Positions 26,121-39,185 of a DNA stretch of 64,000 bases are shown piece by piece. The position numbers were made by a program, and so were the translations under genes. Numbering within the stretch: position 1 is the stretch's first letter; each line of letters opens with the position of its first letter. The notes beneath the pieces were generated by a model, which did not search any database, had not been told where the DNA came from, and saw only the letters and a list, made by a program, of their open reading frames with translations. The stretch comes from Rhizophagus irregularis (lineage: Eukaryota): the NCBI RefSeq assembly GCF_026210795.1, contig NC_089435.1:310001-374000 (forward strand), written 5' to 3'.

Positions 26121-26520
26121 TTGTTACATTAATTGATTAGAATTAATCTTAGTTTCTTATGAGAAATTCTTTTAAGAGACGTATAACGGTACGACGGCCA
26201 CACGCCACAATCAATAATCATCAACTGTGCGACAATCTTTTCTTATTTTACTTACATGGTGATATCAGATTATCCTAAGAAGGAAAATCAGTAAACAGAT
26301 ATCTATGTTCCACATAAAATGTAAACGGTTTATGAATTATTTTTTGTGACAATACTAATTTTAGTCTTGTTATAAAGGGACGGCCCAGTTTGTAGATTTT
26401 CGTGGTGGATCTGCCGATCAATTGTCAATTCCTAGATCATGTTGTTTGTGTTACATACGGTAGGAGAACGAATAAATAAATACCTGGTAATTAAATTAAA
26501 ATTTTCAGCTATAAACTAAC

Positions 26521-27011
26521 ATGAATAATTTACCAATGGATCAAACTGGAAATAACTTTAATAATACTAATACGATTTTTCCTACACCTCAAAATAATAC
26601 ATTTGAATTTTATCTTCCTTTACCAAATGATACGCGTATTTATTATGTTACGTATACCGAATTAAATTCAACGGAAATCGCTCGACTCTTGAATAATAGA
26701 ATTGATATCAGCTTCTGTATCATTATAATGTGCACCGTTTAATTCGGGAAGAAATCGGTCAACAATCTGTTGGTTATCAACAAAACACTATCCCACAACA
26801 ATCTTTCGATACTATGATTATTCAACCAAATTTCCAAGAATATTCAGATAATAATGCTTACGATGTATCATCTTCAATTCCTCAAGATGCTATCCCACAA
26901 CAATCTTTCAATACTATGGATATTCAACCTGCTTTCCAAGAATATTCAGATAATAATGCCTACAATACATCTCCAATTTCTTCAAACAGTCCTGAAGATA
27001 ATTCAAGTTAA
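26521..27011 (+). pseudogene. Family X gene with a frameshifting deletion
   Basis: ORFs 26521-26742 and 26730-27011 together match 16718-17212; the LSHIPNH segment is deleted at ~26710. Confidence 0.8.
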
Positions 27012-29172
27012 TGGAGTTCAATTATATCAAAATAACCAATAAGACTAAACCGAATCATAATTTAAGATAAACAAGCTAGTCGATATGCTTTACCGTAAGA
27101 AATAAATTATAACGTATGATAAGTCTTTTAGATTTTTAAAGAGTAGTTTGATAGATGATCTTTAAATTATTGTATTGTTATTTTTTTTATGTCCTTTTTC
27201 AAACTCCACTTTTATCACCATTTTCAAAACGGTATATCCTATTAATTTATTCAGATACCAATATTCATCCGAAAATCTAGTATTCTTATTTCTTCATTCA
27301 AATATATAAGGCTATACCGTTTTGAAAACGGTGATATTTATGTTAAGAATAAATTTACTTTTTAACGAGAATAAATGAACATTTTTCACCTTTAATTTTT
27401 CATTTTGATAAACTTCAAGGATATGGAGAATATGGTGACGATAAAATTATTTTTTCCATCGCCATGTGGGCGACAATTTGTTTTATCTCCATTTTCCTAA
27501 CGCCATGATAATTTGGATTTTAATTAATATATATTAATTTACTATGGTAACACTAGACATAATGGAATTCTATAAACTCAAAAATAATTAAAAAATTAAA
27601 AATTTTGTTACGCTTGAGTAATTTCATTAGAATGTCTAAACATGGGTAAAACTTGCGCGGATATTCCTTTTTATAAAAATTCATTTCAATCCTGTTAAAG
27701 AAATGAGCCAAAGACTGATGTCAAAGATAAATAGTTATCAAATAAACCATAGAACAATACATCGCCCATTTTATCAAAAAGACAAAACGAAATGCAAAAG
27801 CGTAGAAAAGGATAGCATATGATTTAGTGCTGCGGTAAATCAATGGAATATTCGAATATCAAAAAACATTATAATATTCGTCTTATAATTGAATTATAAT
27901 CGTATAATGCTTTTTAGAATATAAAGAATATAAAGGTACCAACTACTATTATAAAAAGAAAGTGGATCGGATGATTGTGGATTCAATGAAAAACAAATAA
28001 TGTGATAGCTTAAATTGTTATTGAATAAATAAATAGGTTTACGTATACTGACTGTCATGTTATTTATGCAGTATTTATTTTTTTTTATATAAAAATAAAT
28101 GTTTTGTTTTTTTAAATCCAATATCTAATTTATTATTATTATTTTTTTTTTAGAAAAAAATAAATACTTATATTCGAATATAAAATTAACACAATGATCT
28201 CGTTTAAAAATGGTAGAAAAAAGAAAATAGATTTAATGTATTCAATAAAAGTGATATTTATAATATTTAATTTTTGGATATAATGTTGTTTTAAATTTTT
28301 GTGAATATAATACGATGAGAATTTATCACGTTACATTATTAATAAAGAACAAAATTGATCGAAATATTGTAATTTGCTAAAATGAGACTTTATTAAGCGA
28401 AGATTGAATGTACAAATTCTTTGAATCACTTAAATCAAATTATACATATAAAAATAAAAAATTTTCAATAATTGTGTGAAAATGGGATTTTTATCTTTTA
28501 TACTATACGTTTGTTCTGTGAATTATAAAAATAATTATAATTGAATGTTTTCTTTGAGCCAAGCATCATTTTTAGTACAGATGACAGATCGAAGTAGTAA
28601 TATCAAGTTCTTGTTTATTCCCAGTTGTATTTATTTTAGAAAAACGGTCATATCAAATTATATGAAATCGATCTGAATAGGGTTGACGTTCGAGGGTAAT
28701 TTAAATGCAGTATCATTAAGGATTGATCATATGCAAGTTAAATACAGTATTCACTTATTACAGCAATAATAAATAATATTGGCGCGAGCGAATGTTTAAG
28801 ATTGAATATCTCTTATAGTAGTAGTATATACAAGGAATAAAAAAATTGTAGCAGCCTCTTTGATGATCTCGAGTGACGCTAATAACATAAAGATTAGCTT
28901 GAAATTTTCTTAGTTATAGTAAAAGATAGACCTTTCATTTTCTTAACGTGCGTACGTATGTATTTGTGACAATTGCGTCAGATGGCAATTTTTCACTACT
29001 AAAATTTTAGACAAAGATGGTAATCTTATAAACAATTATAATTATAATGTTAACTACCGAGAAACTTTATATATCTATTGTGTCAATTACATTTTCTTTA
29101 TTTTATTTATTGATGAAAATATAAAATTTGTAAACTTTGAGAAAAAACAAAAATTGAGCCTTGTAAAATAAA

Positions 29173-31245
29173 TTAAAGATTTATTCTTCCAAAGTTACAT
29201 GAAGTCGAGATAGCTTCAAATTTACGAGGCACTTCAATGTTTTTTCTGATGAATCTATCATAGTTGCTAATAAACGAATTAGGGAATGGAATTTCAGCTG
29301 GTTTAGATGCTTCATCCAGTCTTTTCATTTGTTCAGGTGTCAATCTGATAATGTTAAAATTTTTTTTACATTAATTTACGTCAGTAAACAATTTTTTTTT
29401 TAAAAAAAAAAACTTTTCAAACAATTATAAATAATACTCACTTAAATTCAAGTGATTTTAGATTTTCTTCGAGCTGAGTAACTGTTCTAGCACCAATTAA
29501 AGGAGAGGTAATTCCAGGTTTTTGTTGAACCCAATTCATACCGACCTATGTATCAGAAAAAAAAAATTAATATTCAATTATTGAAAAAAATTAAAAATTA
29601 TAGTTTTAAAGGATGAATACCTGAACAGGAGTTCTTCCGATCTCTTTTGAAATAGCAATAACTTCATCTAAAATCTCCCAATTTTTTTCGATTTTTGAGT
29701 GTCTCGCAACTGAATCACCGCGACTTTCCGATTTTACTGATTCTCTTGTATATTTTCCGGTAAGAAAACTATTATGAAAATAATTAATACTATAATTATA
29801 TTATAATACAAAAAAAAAGCGCCAATAATTAATAACTACCCATCGGCGATGGCACCCCACGGAATAATTCCAACTTAAAGTTTATAAAAATATATATAGA
29901 TTTAGTATCTATATATAATTCAAATAGAATATAATTTTATAATAATACACACATCAAGTTCAGCACAAGCAGGTTGTAAGTCAAATTCTAACGATCTATC
30001 CAACAAATTATAACGCGTTTGAAGTCCAATGAAAGAACTAAATACGTTTGATGAAAATGCATTAACTTGAAGTTCATCTTTAATATCTACAAACTAAAAT
30101 TAATATTATAATTTCGTACCTCCATCCGCGTAATTCTGCAAATGTATTAGCGCGAGCGAGTGCCCAAGATGGAAAATTGCTTGCAGCAACATATAACACC
30201 TATATATATATATATTTTTAATAATAATATTTAGTAAAATTATTCAAGGTAAACTCTATAAAATAATAGTTTATTCACTTTTCCACTTCGAACGGCGTCA
30301 TCTAATGATCTCATAAATTCTTCAATTGGAGTTCGAAACTCATAAGCATGAACATATAAAATATCGACATAGCTCATGTTCAATCGTTTCAAGCTCTCAT
30401 CAAGATTCTCCACAAGACTTTTTCGATGATTTCCTCCTATGTAATTAACAGTTAAGTTTTATTTATTATCAATCAACATTAAAAAATATTTAATATTCGT
30501 ATTATAAATAGTTTACTAGCTTACCTAAATTCGGATTGAGTCTTATATCCTTTTGCATAGCAGTTGTATTACCTAAGAATTAGTTAAATCTCGAAGATTA
30601 TTGAAAATTCCAAATTTGAACGATAATATACAGTTAATTCATGTTTCATACTCGTATACTTTGTTGCAATCACAACATTAGATCGTTTATCAGAAACATA
30701 ATCTCCAAGGAAACGTTCACTCTAAATATTTTATTAATGGACATTAATATTGAGTTGACTAAAAAAAATTTTTTTTTTTTTTTACTTACTTCACCATAAT
30801 TATAATTGGAGGCAGTATCTAAAAATTTACGTATTATTAAATAGAAAATTTTTTATAACATCATCTAGTGATTGTATAACAAAAAAATTACCGAAAAAAT
30901 TTCCGCCTCTTTCGTAATAAAGATCAAAAACTTTTTTCGATTCTTCTTTATTAGAGCCCAAGTTCTATTTGTAAAGTGTTAATGTTTAGAAATTCATAAA
31001 TTCAGAAATCTTTTATTATCATCAATTCAAATTAATATATATAACTTACCCATTGTTCTCCAAAAGTCTTCATTATATAGCATATGTTAACAATATATGT
31101 TTTATCAAAATATTTATTTAGTTTACTAAAATGATCTTACCAAAGTACCAAGACATAATGGAGAAACTCTCAATCCACTACGCCCCAATAAGACATAATC
31201 ATCGAGAGCTTTAGTGGTTTTTGTAGACGAAGTATCTTGAGCCAT
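29173..31245 (-). CDS. Aldo-keto reductase (aryl-alcohol dehydrogenase-like), copy AKR1, ~13 exons
   Basis: [34 protein letters not shown]; catalytic D(TASN)[52 protein letters not shown]; 18-nt microexon 31067-31050. Confidence 0.9.
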
Positions 31246-32580
31246 ATTCTCAAAAATGAAATATTTTAAAAAATTTCTCGTGATGTGTATTTACATATAA
31301 AATATTTCCTAGTTTCTTTTTTTATAAATTAACTAATTTAATTTGATTATGATGACTTGATTTTCCGGATTTTTTTTGCCCACGTTAGTTTAAAAAAATA
31401 TGAGCGAAGTAACCAAAAATAATAAATTTATAGAAATAAATATATGACGTATAAATACTACCTTTAGTACAAGTTTTTAATGACGTTGAAATTTCTCATT
31501 AGCTTTGAGTCTTAAAAATGCTCTTTAGAAACTTTCATCGAAGGAATTCGAAAGTGGGTAAACCGTGATCGAGATTGATTAGAGGTTTAATCTGATTTCA
31601 CAAAAAAAACGTGATTAAAATTCAATCTAAACAAGTAAGGTTAAATTACTTGACGTTGTATTACACCTTTTTTTTTAGGCTTAACCTATTTATGAACTTT
31701 CCTATTGAATGTCTCCCAATAGTAACTTTTTATTAATTTTTATCGAAACTAACTAACTGTAGAATTCATTATAAAAATATTATTATTATTATTTTTTGAT
31801 TTTTAGCGCGATTCCAGTTGGAAGACTAAGTCGTTCAGCAAAGTTTAGAACTTGATTTTCACTGAGCCTGATTAGCTTCTGGAAGACCGATACTCGAAAC
31901 TACTTGTATCACTGTTTTATGATGTTGGAATAATACTTGTGATTTAGGTGAGGCCGCTCAATAGTTTATATTGAAATGAAATCCGTGTAGAAATTAGCGT
32001 AAAAGTACTAGTTTTTCTAATTACTAATTCGATATAAATATTTATAAAGCTAAGACATTTTTGTAATAATATTTAAAGGATATTTTAGTATTTATTTAAT
32101 TTTTAAATTTGAAGTCATGTGATGAATAAAAATTAATTTTACTGTAAAAAAAAATGCTGAAACGGTGTATATATATAAATCTGATGTGACACCAAAGCGT
32201 CACAAAGAAAAAGATCAGCAGGCATTATTTTAAAAAATCTCCTCTACTGCGCGAGCTTGCCTTCAATCACGTGATCAAAGAAATCAATTCATCGGCGTTA
32301 GTTTGAAAAAAAAAAAATCTTAAATCTTTCTACAGTTACGCTGTGAAGAAGTTTCCTTAATTATAGAAAGTAAAACTCAATATTTATTTGAATAAATAGT
32401 TCAATGGTATTTTAAGAATATTTACTGATCAAAATTTCAAAGATTTCTTTAAATTGTTAAAATACCATTTTGGTCTACAGGACGCAGAAAGTGACATTTT
32501 TGACGTTAGTTTATTTTAAACTAGAAGTTTTAAACGAAACTCAATGAATTTCTTTAAAACGTTTATTATATGTAAATAAG

Positions 32581-33140
32581 TGGTTTACCACAAAATCCCG
32601 ACAACCATAAAATCGACAGTCTACAATCCCGACACCAAGATCCCGACAAACCCAAATCCCGTTGAAATGTTGAAATAAAATCCCGATGGTCACAAATTCC
32701 GACAGTTAAAAATCTTGACAATCAAAATCCAAAAGTTTTTTTTTTTTAAATATAATTTTAAAAATGCAATGACGCAGTAACAGGTTAATTTATTGTAAAT
32801 TTTATTAATACCAATGTAAATTGTTAGCAAATTTTATTAATATTAATGCAAATTAACCAACGTTATGAAATTAAAAGAAAAAATTTTTTATCTTAGTTAA
32901 AAGGATTATGTACAGTATATTACTAGACTACTAACTATTCCTTATCTTCTAAAATTAGAAACAATTGTATTAAAAAAATTAACTAAACTCAAATTCATCT
33001 GAGACAGGATTTTAGCTGTCAAGATTTTAGATCATCGGGATTCTGTGACTGTCAGGATTTTGATTCAATCGGGATTTGCATTTATCAGGATTTTGGTGTC
33101 GGGATTATAGACTGTCGATATTATAGGTGTCGGTGATCCC
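32581..33140. mobile_element. Mutator-like non-autonomous element (560 bp)
   Basis: Long imperfect TIRs made of AATCCCGAC units; 9-bp TSD GTAAATAAG (32572-32580, 33141-33149); empty paralogous site at ~49040. Confidence 0.88.
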
Positions 33141-33509
33141 GTAAATAAGATAATCATCTGATTCAGGTTCGGTCATTAAGAATTTTAGCACCCTACATTT
33201 TTTCATGAAGAATTTTAATCTTATACATGAAACAACTCTTTCGAGAATTTGGTTCAAGGTAATGGTTTAATAAGACCTTTCTCTGTTTTAAAATCTTTTT
33301 TCCCAACATTTACTTATTATTTTAGCTGTGCCTTATAAATCAAATTTAAGTTACTTCGTGCTTGAATCTCACGAAAAAATGTGCCATTTCACCAAAGCTA
33401 ATTGAAAAATATCGCATAATAAAAAATAATAATTATACATAATAAGTAAAATATTGAAAACAAATGTTCTTTGAGAGATGATGAAAGATGACTAATAATA
33501 GTACGGTTA

Positions 33510-33665
33510 CATACCATTTGATGAAAATTGATAGATGAACATTAAGAGATGTAAGAGTTTAATGATTTACTTGTATAAATAGCTTTTGGATGAGACTTTA
33601 AACTAAAATTGGGACCAAATTTCTTTGAATCTATTAACTTTTTCCTTTTAAATTCAGCTTGATTA
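33510..33665 (-). pseudogene. 3' remnant of a TKL kinase
   Basis: QAEFKRKKLIDSKKFGPNFSLKSHPKAIYTSKSLNSYIS matches the K2-K4 tails; it ends abruptly at ~33666. Confidence 0.85.
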
Positions 33666-34740
33666 AGGAAAAAACTCCGATAAATGATAGTTTTTGTTCC
33701 GAAGAAATTCAGACACGTGATCACTTTTCTGAAAAATTTTTATAGGTACCGCGTAGTGCAATTTATTAATCAGGTTTCGCAGAATTACAAAATATATTTA
33801 AACTATTTAAAAATAATTAAATGTTAAATATCAACTATATTTAATAGAAAAAAAAAATAAAGAAAGGAAAATGAATTTGTTTATCAATCAGGAATGTGAG
33901 ATAGATTAATTCTATCATTCAAGAGTCTCGCATTTTCTAATGGGGCGTAATTCGGTATACTGATACGCAGCCATTCACCGAAATGATGTTTCGCCGAAGG
34001 GTCATTTCGTAGAATGGAAATTCCCCTGAATGGACATTTCGCCGACCCTATAAAGATGAAATGTGTTAAATTTGTATTATATTTGTGTAGCGTTTAAAAA
34101 AGCGCAATTTATGTCTTATTACAAAAAAACAAAAATTAAACAAAATGGTGCTTTTTTAGACATTTATTATACATGAGTACAAGTATAAAAACTAATTTAG
34201 CACATTTCGTTTTTATAGGGCGATACTTTTCTCCATTTCACCGACACCATATAAGGTCAGTCATTCCGAAAATGTTAGCGATTGACATTCCATCATTAAA
34301 ATTCAATCTAATACTCTATTTATATTAATTATTAATAATGTTTTTAGTAGCAAAATTTTCGTAAATATTTTATGAATATTTTGGGAAAAATACGATTTAA
34401 TAAGAAATAGGTAAAAGGAAATTTCGTGTGGCGAATTTGTAAGAATGAATTTTTAATTTATTTTATTGTGTATTTATAGGCAATGTGTACCTAAATATAG
34501 TCAGGATGCCCTAATTCGGATATCCTAATTAAACATAGATGATAGATTTATCCAAATAAGGATCGAACCCGATTGATCAACGGAATAATATTATGTCATT
34601 TTTTTAATGACCCAAAATTTTGGAAAAAACTCCGATAAATGATTTTTGTTCCGAAGAAATTCAGGCACGTGATCATTTTTATGGGACCGCGTAGTGCAAT
34701 TCATTAATCAGGTTTCGTAAAGTTACAAAAATATAATTAA
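33666..34740 (+). repeat. ~120-135-bp direct repeats (33666-33800, 34622-34740); a partial inverted copy lies at ~40296-40380
   Basis: GGAAAAAACTCCGATAAATGAT...GTTCCGAAGAAATTCAG.CACGTGATCA...ACCGCGTAGTGCAATT.ATTAATCAGGTTTCG occurs twice. Confidence 0.85.
34046..34220. mobile_element. 175-bp MITE with CCC termini and 3-bp TSD (CACTA/CMC-like, tentative)
   Basis: TIRs CCCTATAAAGATGAAATGTGTTAAATT / AATTTAGCACATTTCGTTTTTATAGGG; CGA on both sides. Confidence 0.7.
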
Positions 34741-35102
34741 TTAATCTTGACCACGTTATTATGAATAGGATCGGCAACGTGCATGCAGGTGGATCGTGAT
34801 TCATATATTTCCCTGTAAAAAAAGTTGATCTTTTTTTTTTCCGTAAAAGGCTCATATTTCCGGTTCCGGAATTAATAATCTCATATCACGGAATTTATCA
34901 AATTATTCACATTTTCCGTGAATGGAAAAGGTTCATTTTTATGGATAAAATTTTTTATAGGTAAAATGTATAAATAAATGGCATGAAAACGCATATTAAT
35001 GATTTTAACAATATCACTGTAAAAAAATAATATTTTTTATTTTCTTTTTTTTACAAGAACAAATTAAAAATTTCACATTTCTTTCCATATCATTCTCAGA
35101 AT

Positions 35103-35729
35103 ATGTTTGCTCAATTATATATTATATATATTTTCTTTTTGGTTTCAGCTGTAGTAGGAATACCTGTGGTAAATTTACAAGATCAGATTTTTAGTATTGA
35201 TGGTTCTGCAGTACCCACTAGGCCTAAATGCACTGACCCTAATAATGCTAAATATAAAAGCTCCACTTGCGCTACAAGGAAATCAGTGAGGGTTACATGT
35301 GAATCTTTTAGTCAACCAGGCACACCTGTTGATACTAATTTCAGCTGTGGAGATGGTGATTCTTGTGTTAATATTACCCCAAATGATGCATTCTGTGTTG
35401 ACGATAGCAGTGCTCAAGTATGGGACAATAAAAATCAAAATCTAGCCGTATGTTCAGCACCTGTTACATTAGTGCCACCACATGTATCTTTTCAACTTGT
35501 AGCTGGAATGACAACATATTCAACAACTGGGGATCCAATACGAGTAGCTGAGCTAGCAGCAAGATATGGTGAAGGCCAATCTAGCCGTTTTGAAAGTGTC
35601 TATCAAGGAAATGAGTACACCTTCTCTATTAAACAAGAAGATTTTTCTAATAAGTTGAGTTTCTGCTTCTATCCAGGCTCTAATGAGGAAGTACAAGCTG
35701 TAGCTTCTCTAGCATATGTTTTAATGTGA
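35103..35729 (+). CDS. Secreted Cys-rich protein, MycFOLD/FOLD-like effector candidate
   Basis: 208 aa, single exon; hydrophobic signal peptide (MFAQLYIIYIFFLVSAVVG); 6 Cys in the N-terminal half including CGDGDSCV...AFC and 2 Cys in a beta-rich C-terminal half. Confidence 0.75.
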   Translation: MFAQLYIIYIFFLVSAVVGIPVVNLQDQIFSIDGSAVPTRPKCTDPNNAKYKSSTCATRKSVRVTCESFSQPGTPVDTNFSCGDGDSCVNITPNDAFCVDDSSAQVWDNKNQNLAVCSAPVTLVPPHVSFQLVAGMTTYSTTGDPIRVAELAARYGEGQSSRFESVYQGNEYTFSIKQEDFSNKLSFCFYPGSNEEVQAVASLAYVLM

Positions 35730-37574
35730 TGAATGTTTTTTTTTATGTTAATTATTTTACATTATATATATAAACAGAATAATATAATTTCTTTTTAATG
35801 GATGGTTTTGTTTAACACCAATTATAAGTGTGAGCAAACTGCTTTAATTCTATTTATAAAATTTGAAATTTAATTTAATGAAATCTTATTATAAAATTAG
35901 ATATAATCTTTATATTTTTATTTATAATTAATTTTTTTGACAAAAATTATTTAAATTACACTACTGGCAAGTCATACTTTGCAGAAATTTCAATTTTTAT
36001 TCAATTTCATTTAGATGTTTAAATAGAATCGGGATGGTACTGCCATGTCTGTAACAGTGCATTTAAATTATTAAAAATATTAAATAACATTAAAGTAATA
36101 TATATATATATATATTTTTAATTAATAAACGTATTCTTTATTTAGTAAACGTAGTAGAACATATTACTCGATAAATACAAAAGAAATAAATTAAAATTTA
36201 GGCAAAACATAGTTTACACTAAATCTCTCCATATCAAAATCTCCGTATATAAAATGAAGTAAAGACTAACGTACTATTTGATATAAATCATACATTTACT
36301 AATGACTAAACTAAATCTAAAACCCATCTAATTCTAAAAAAAATTACTATATACATTATTCTAAAATTATAATATATATATATTTTTCTACTTTTCTATT
36401 ATTATCTGCTGTTTTTCAGTTTCTAAAATTATCTATATGAACTTCCCCCACCTTCCCCCCTTGTTTAGGTCGTATTGATGCGATGTCATTAAACTTGATG
36501 ATGGCTCGGCGATGCCATATAATTAAACCCCGTGACATGCCTCCGCCTGATCTATTTATGGTCAAAAACTATTCGATCCAATCAACTAATCCAATTTGAT
36601 TATAATTTTTTTTATCCGATTTTTCTTTTTTCAAATATTTTTAGCTTTTTTTGGTTCCTTTTTTTTAAAAATTTCAAACCAAAAAAAATTTTTTCTCCCT
36701 TTTCTTCTTTCGGTTTGGTTTTTTCCCAAACTGAAAATTTTATTAAATAATCCTATTGTTTTGGTCTTTTAAGACCGATTTTTTTTTTAGACCGTACAGT
36801 ATCATTTTTTTTTTTCGATCTTTTTGGACCGAATTATTGTCATTTTTTTCAGAATTTTTTCAGTACTTAATTTTTTTTTCGGATTCCTTTTTTTCGGATT
36901 TCGGAAATTTCCATTTTTCTAAACCGATTTCTTTCTTTCCCCCAAATTTTTTTTAATTTTTTTTTCTTTTTCCTTTATGGTTTCTTTTTTCAACCAATTT
37001 TTCTCTTTATCCTTCTTCCCAAATTTTTTTTTTCGGTTTTCTTCGAACCTTTTTCTTTTTTCGGGTTGGCTTTGGCTTTTTTTTCCAATCTGAAAAAATT
37101 TTTTTCACCTTTACTTTTTTCGGTTTGGCTTTTTTTTTCAAACACCATTTAGGTTTGGATCGATTGATCAGATCGGTGCTGCAGGCAATGGTAAGCACCT
37201 TTTTTTTCGTTTCTTTTTTCTTATTGGTAAATTTAGGATTTTTTTTTTACTAATACTTTTTCCCCTTAATAATTTTTTTTTGTTTTTTCATCTTTTAGAT
37301 TCTGATCAAGATCATTTCCGCGAAATAATCAAAATAAATATATTGTTTCTTTATTTGAATCTATATAACTAAAATGAAATACATTTTAATTAATATGGCT
37401 ATATAATAATACTTATTTAAATATTATTTTTTTTTTATTAACAACTATAATATTAATGCTAATAAAGGAAATTTATATATAATGTTACTATGATACTTTT
37501 TTTATGTATAATAAAAATACAATTTTCTACAAATATAACGTGTATTATTATTAATATTGTTAATACTAAAATTC

Positions 37575-37900
37575 GGGTTTGGTACGAAATCCCGAAACTC
37601 GAAAACCCGACAGTACATTATTCCGAACCCGAAATCTCGAAATGGCAAAATCTCGAAATGCCATAATCCTGACATTTCATAAGTCCGACACTTCATAATC
37701 CCGAAATTCAAAATACTGAAACGAAAAATCTAAAGAAAATCAATATTATAGGGTGTCGGAATTATAAAATTCGGGATTATAACAATTCGGGATTTTGACA
37801 ATTCGGGATTATGGCATTTCGAGATTTTGCCATTTCGAAATTTAGAGTTCGGGATAATGTACTGTCGGGTTTTCGAGTTTCGGTATTTTGTACGGATCCC
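37575..37900. mobile_element. Mutator-like foldback MITE (~325 bp)
   Basis: Near-palindromic arms GTACGAAATCCCGAAACTCGAAAACCCGACAGTACATTAT / ATAATGTACTGTCGGGTTTTCGAGTTTCGGTATTTTGTAC; TSD (C)TAAAATTC on both sides. Confidence 0.88.
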
Positions 37901-39185
37901 TAAAATTCATATATCCATATTTGCTAGATTTATATGCTTCATATACTTCATCAAGTTCATTTCGCAAAAATACCGATAACAATGGGCACGCCGTTTTTTT
38001 TAAAAAATTATATTTTTTTTTGTTGATAACAATGGGCCGCAACAGGTTTTCTTTTTAATAATATTAATAATAATATTTTTTTAGTATTAGTAATATTCAA
38101 TAACCATAGGGAGGAATCATCATTTCAAAATATTCAGCCACAACCATTTGGTATTGAAGTCGCATCGAATCTTTTTAATAAACTATTGGGGCACTTAAGT
38201 CATTAATTAATGGTTTTACTATTTAACAAATAATAAAGAATAAGAATATTTCTGTTATAAAGCAAAATAGCATATATTATAAAAATTGCATTTTAAATAA
38301 AAAAGAATGAGAAGGAAATTCATCCGGAGTTTTGTATTTTTGATTTACACCAACTATTCCATAATTATTAGTGGGTCATGTGTACATTTGATGGCCAATC
38401 TGAGATAATACAGTTTCGAATAGCTAATTAACGAAAAAAGCCATGTTTCATTTTCGGCCCTTTCAATCTGCTGCCAGCAGATCGATACCGTAGCTATCCG
38501 AATGTTGATTTTTTCAGTCTCTATTTAGACTGGATCTTTTTTTATTTAATAATATTTTTTTTTCCGGCCTTTTTTTAGACCATATCTTTGTTTGTTTTAA
38601 TAATATTTTTTTTGGTCTCTTTTTTTTGAGACTGGATCTTTTTTTCAGTCTTTTTTTTAGACTAGATCATTTTTTTTAATATTGTTTTTTTTTGGTTTCT
38701 TTTTGTTAGACCGGATTTTTTTAATATTTTTTTTTTAATTTTTAAAACCGAGATTTTAATAATTTTTCTTTACAATTTTTTTAAAACTGAATTTTTAATA
38801 TTTCTCATCCTGGTTTTTTATTTTCTAGAATCCATAGAACAATAAATTTCACTAAACTCAACCTAGGTAACTTATTTACATTAACTTTCTTACTACATGG
38901 TTAATTTTACCTAATAATATTAACAATTTACTTTAATAATTCGTTTTTATATAAAAACAACTAAAGAAAAGGAAGAAATTTGACTGACGCACTAACGCTG
39001 CAATCCTACAGTAAGTATGATTTTTTATTTTTTATTTTAATAATTTTTTTTTCTATTTTTTCTTTTTTTTCGTTCTTTCACACCTTTATTATTTATCTCA
39101 ACGATAAAATCCTATTTATGTATAAATAAATTGAGAAATGAAAAATTAAAAATAAATTGAATGTAATAAAGATAGAATCCATTTA

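Noticed and set aside
32590..33130. Regular AATCCCGAC repeats (and 37575-37900) as a CRISPR-like array
   Set aside because: Units are short, inverted between the two arms, bounded by TSDs and lack unique spacers; eukaryotic context.
36532..37198. Phe-rich and Lys-rich short ORFs
   Set aside because: Low-complexity T-tract DNA with CCGA/TCGG motifs; probably TE-derived, no protein signal.
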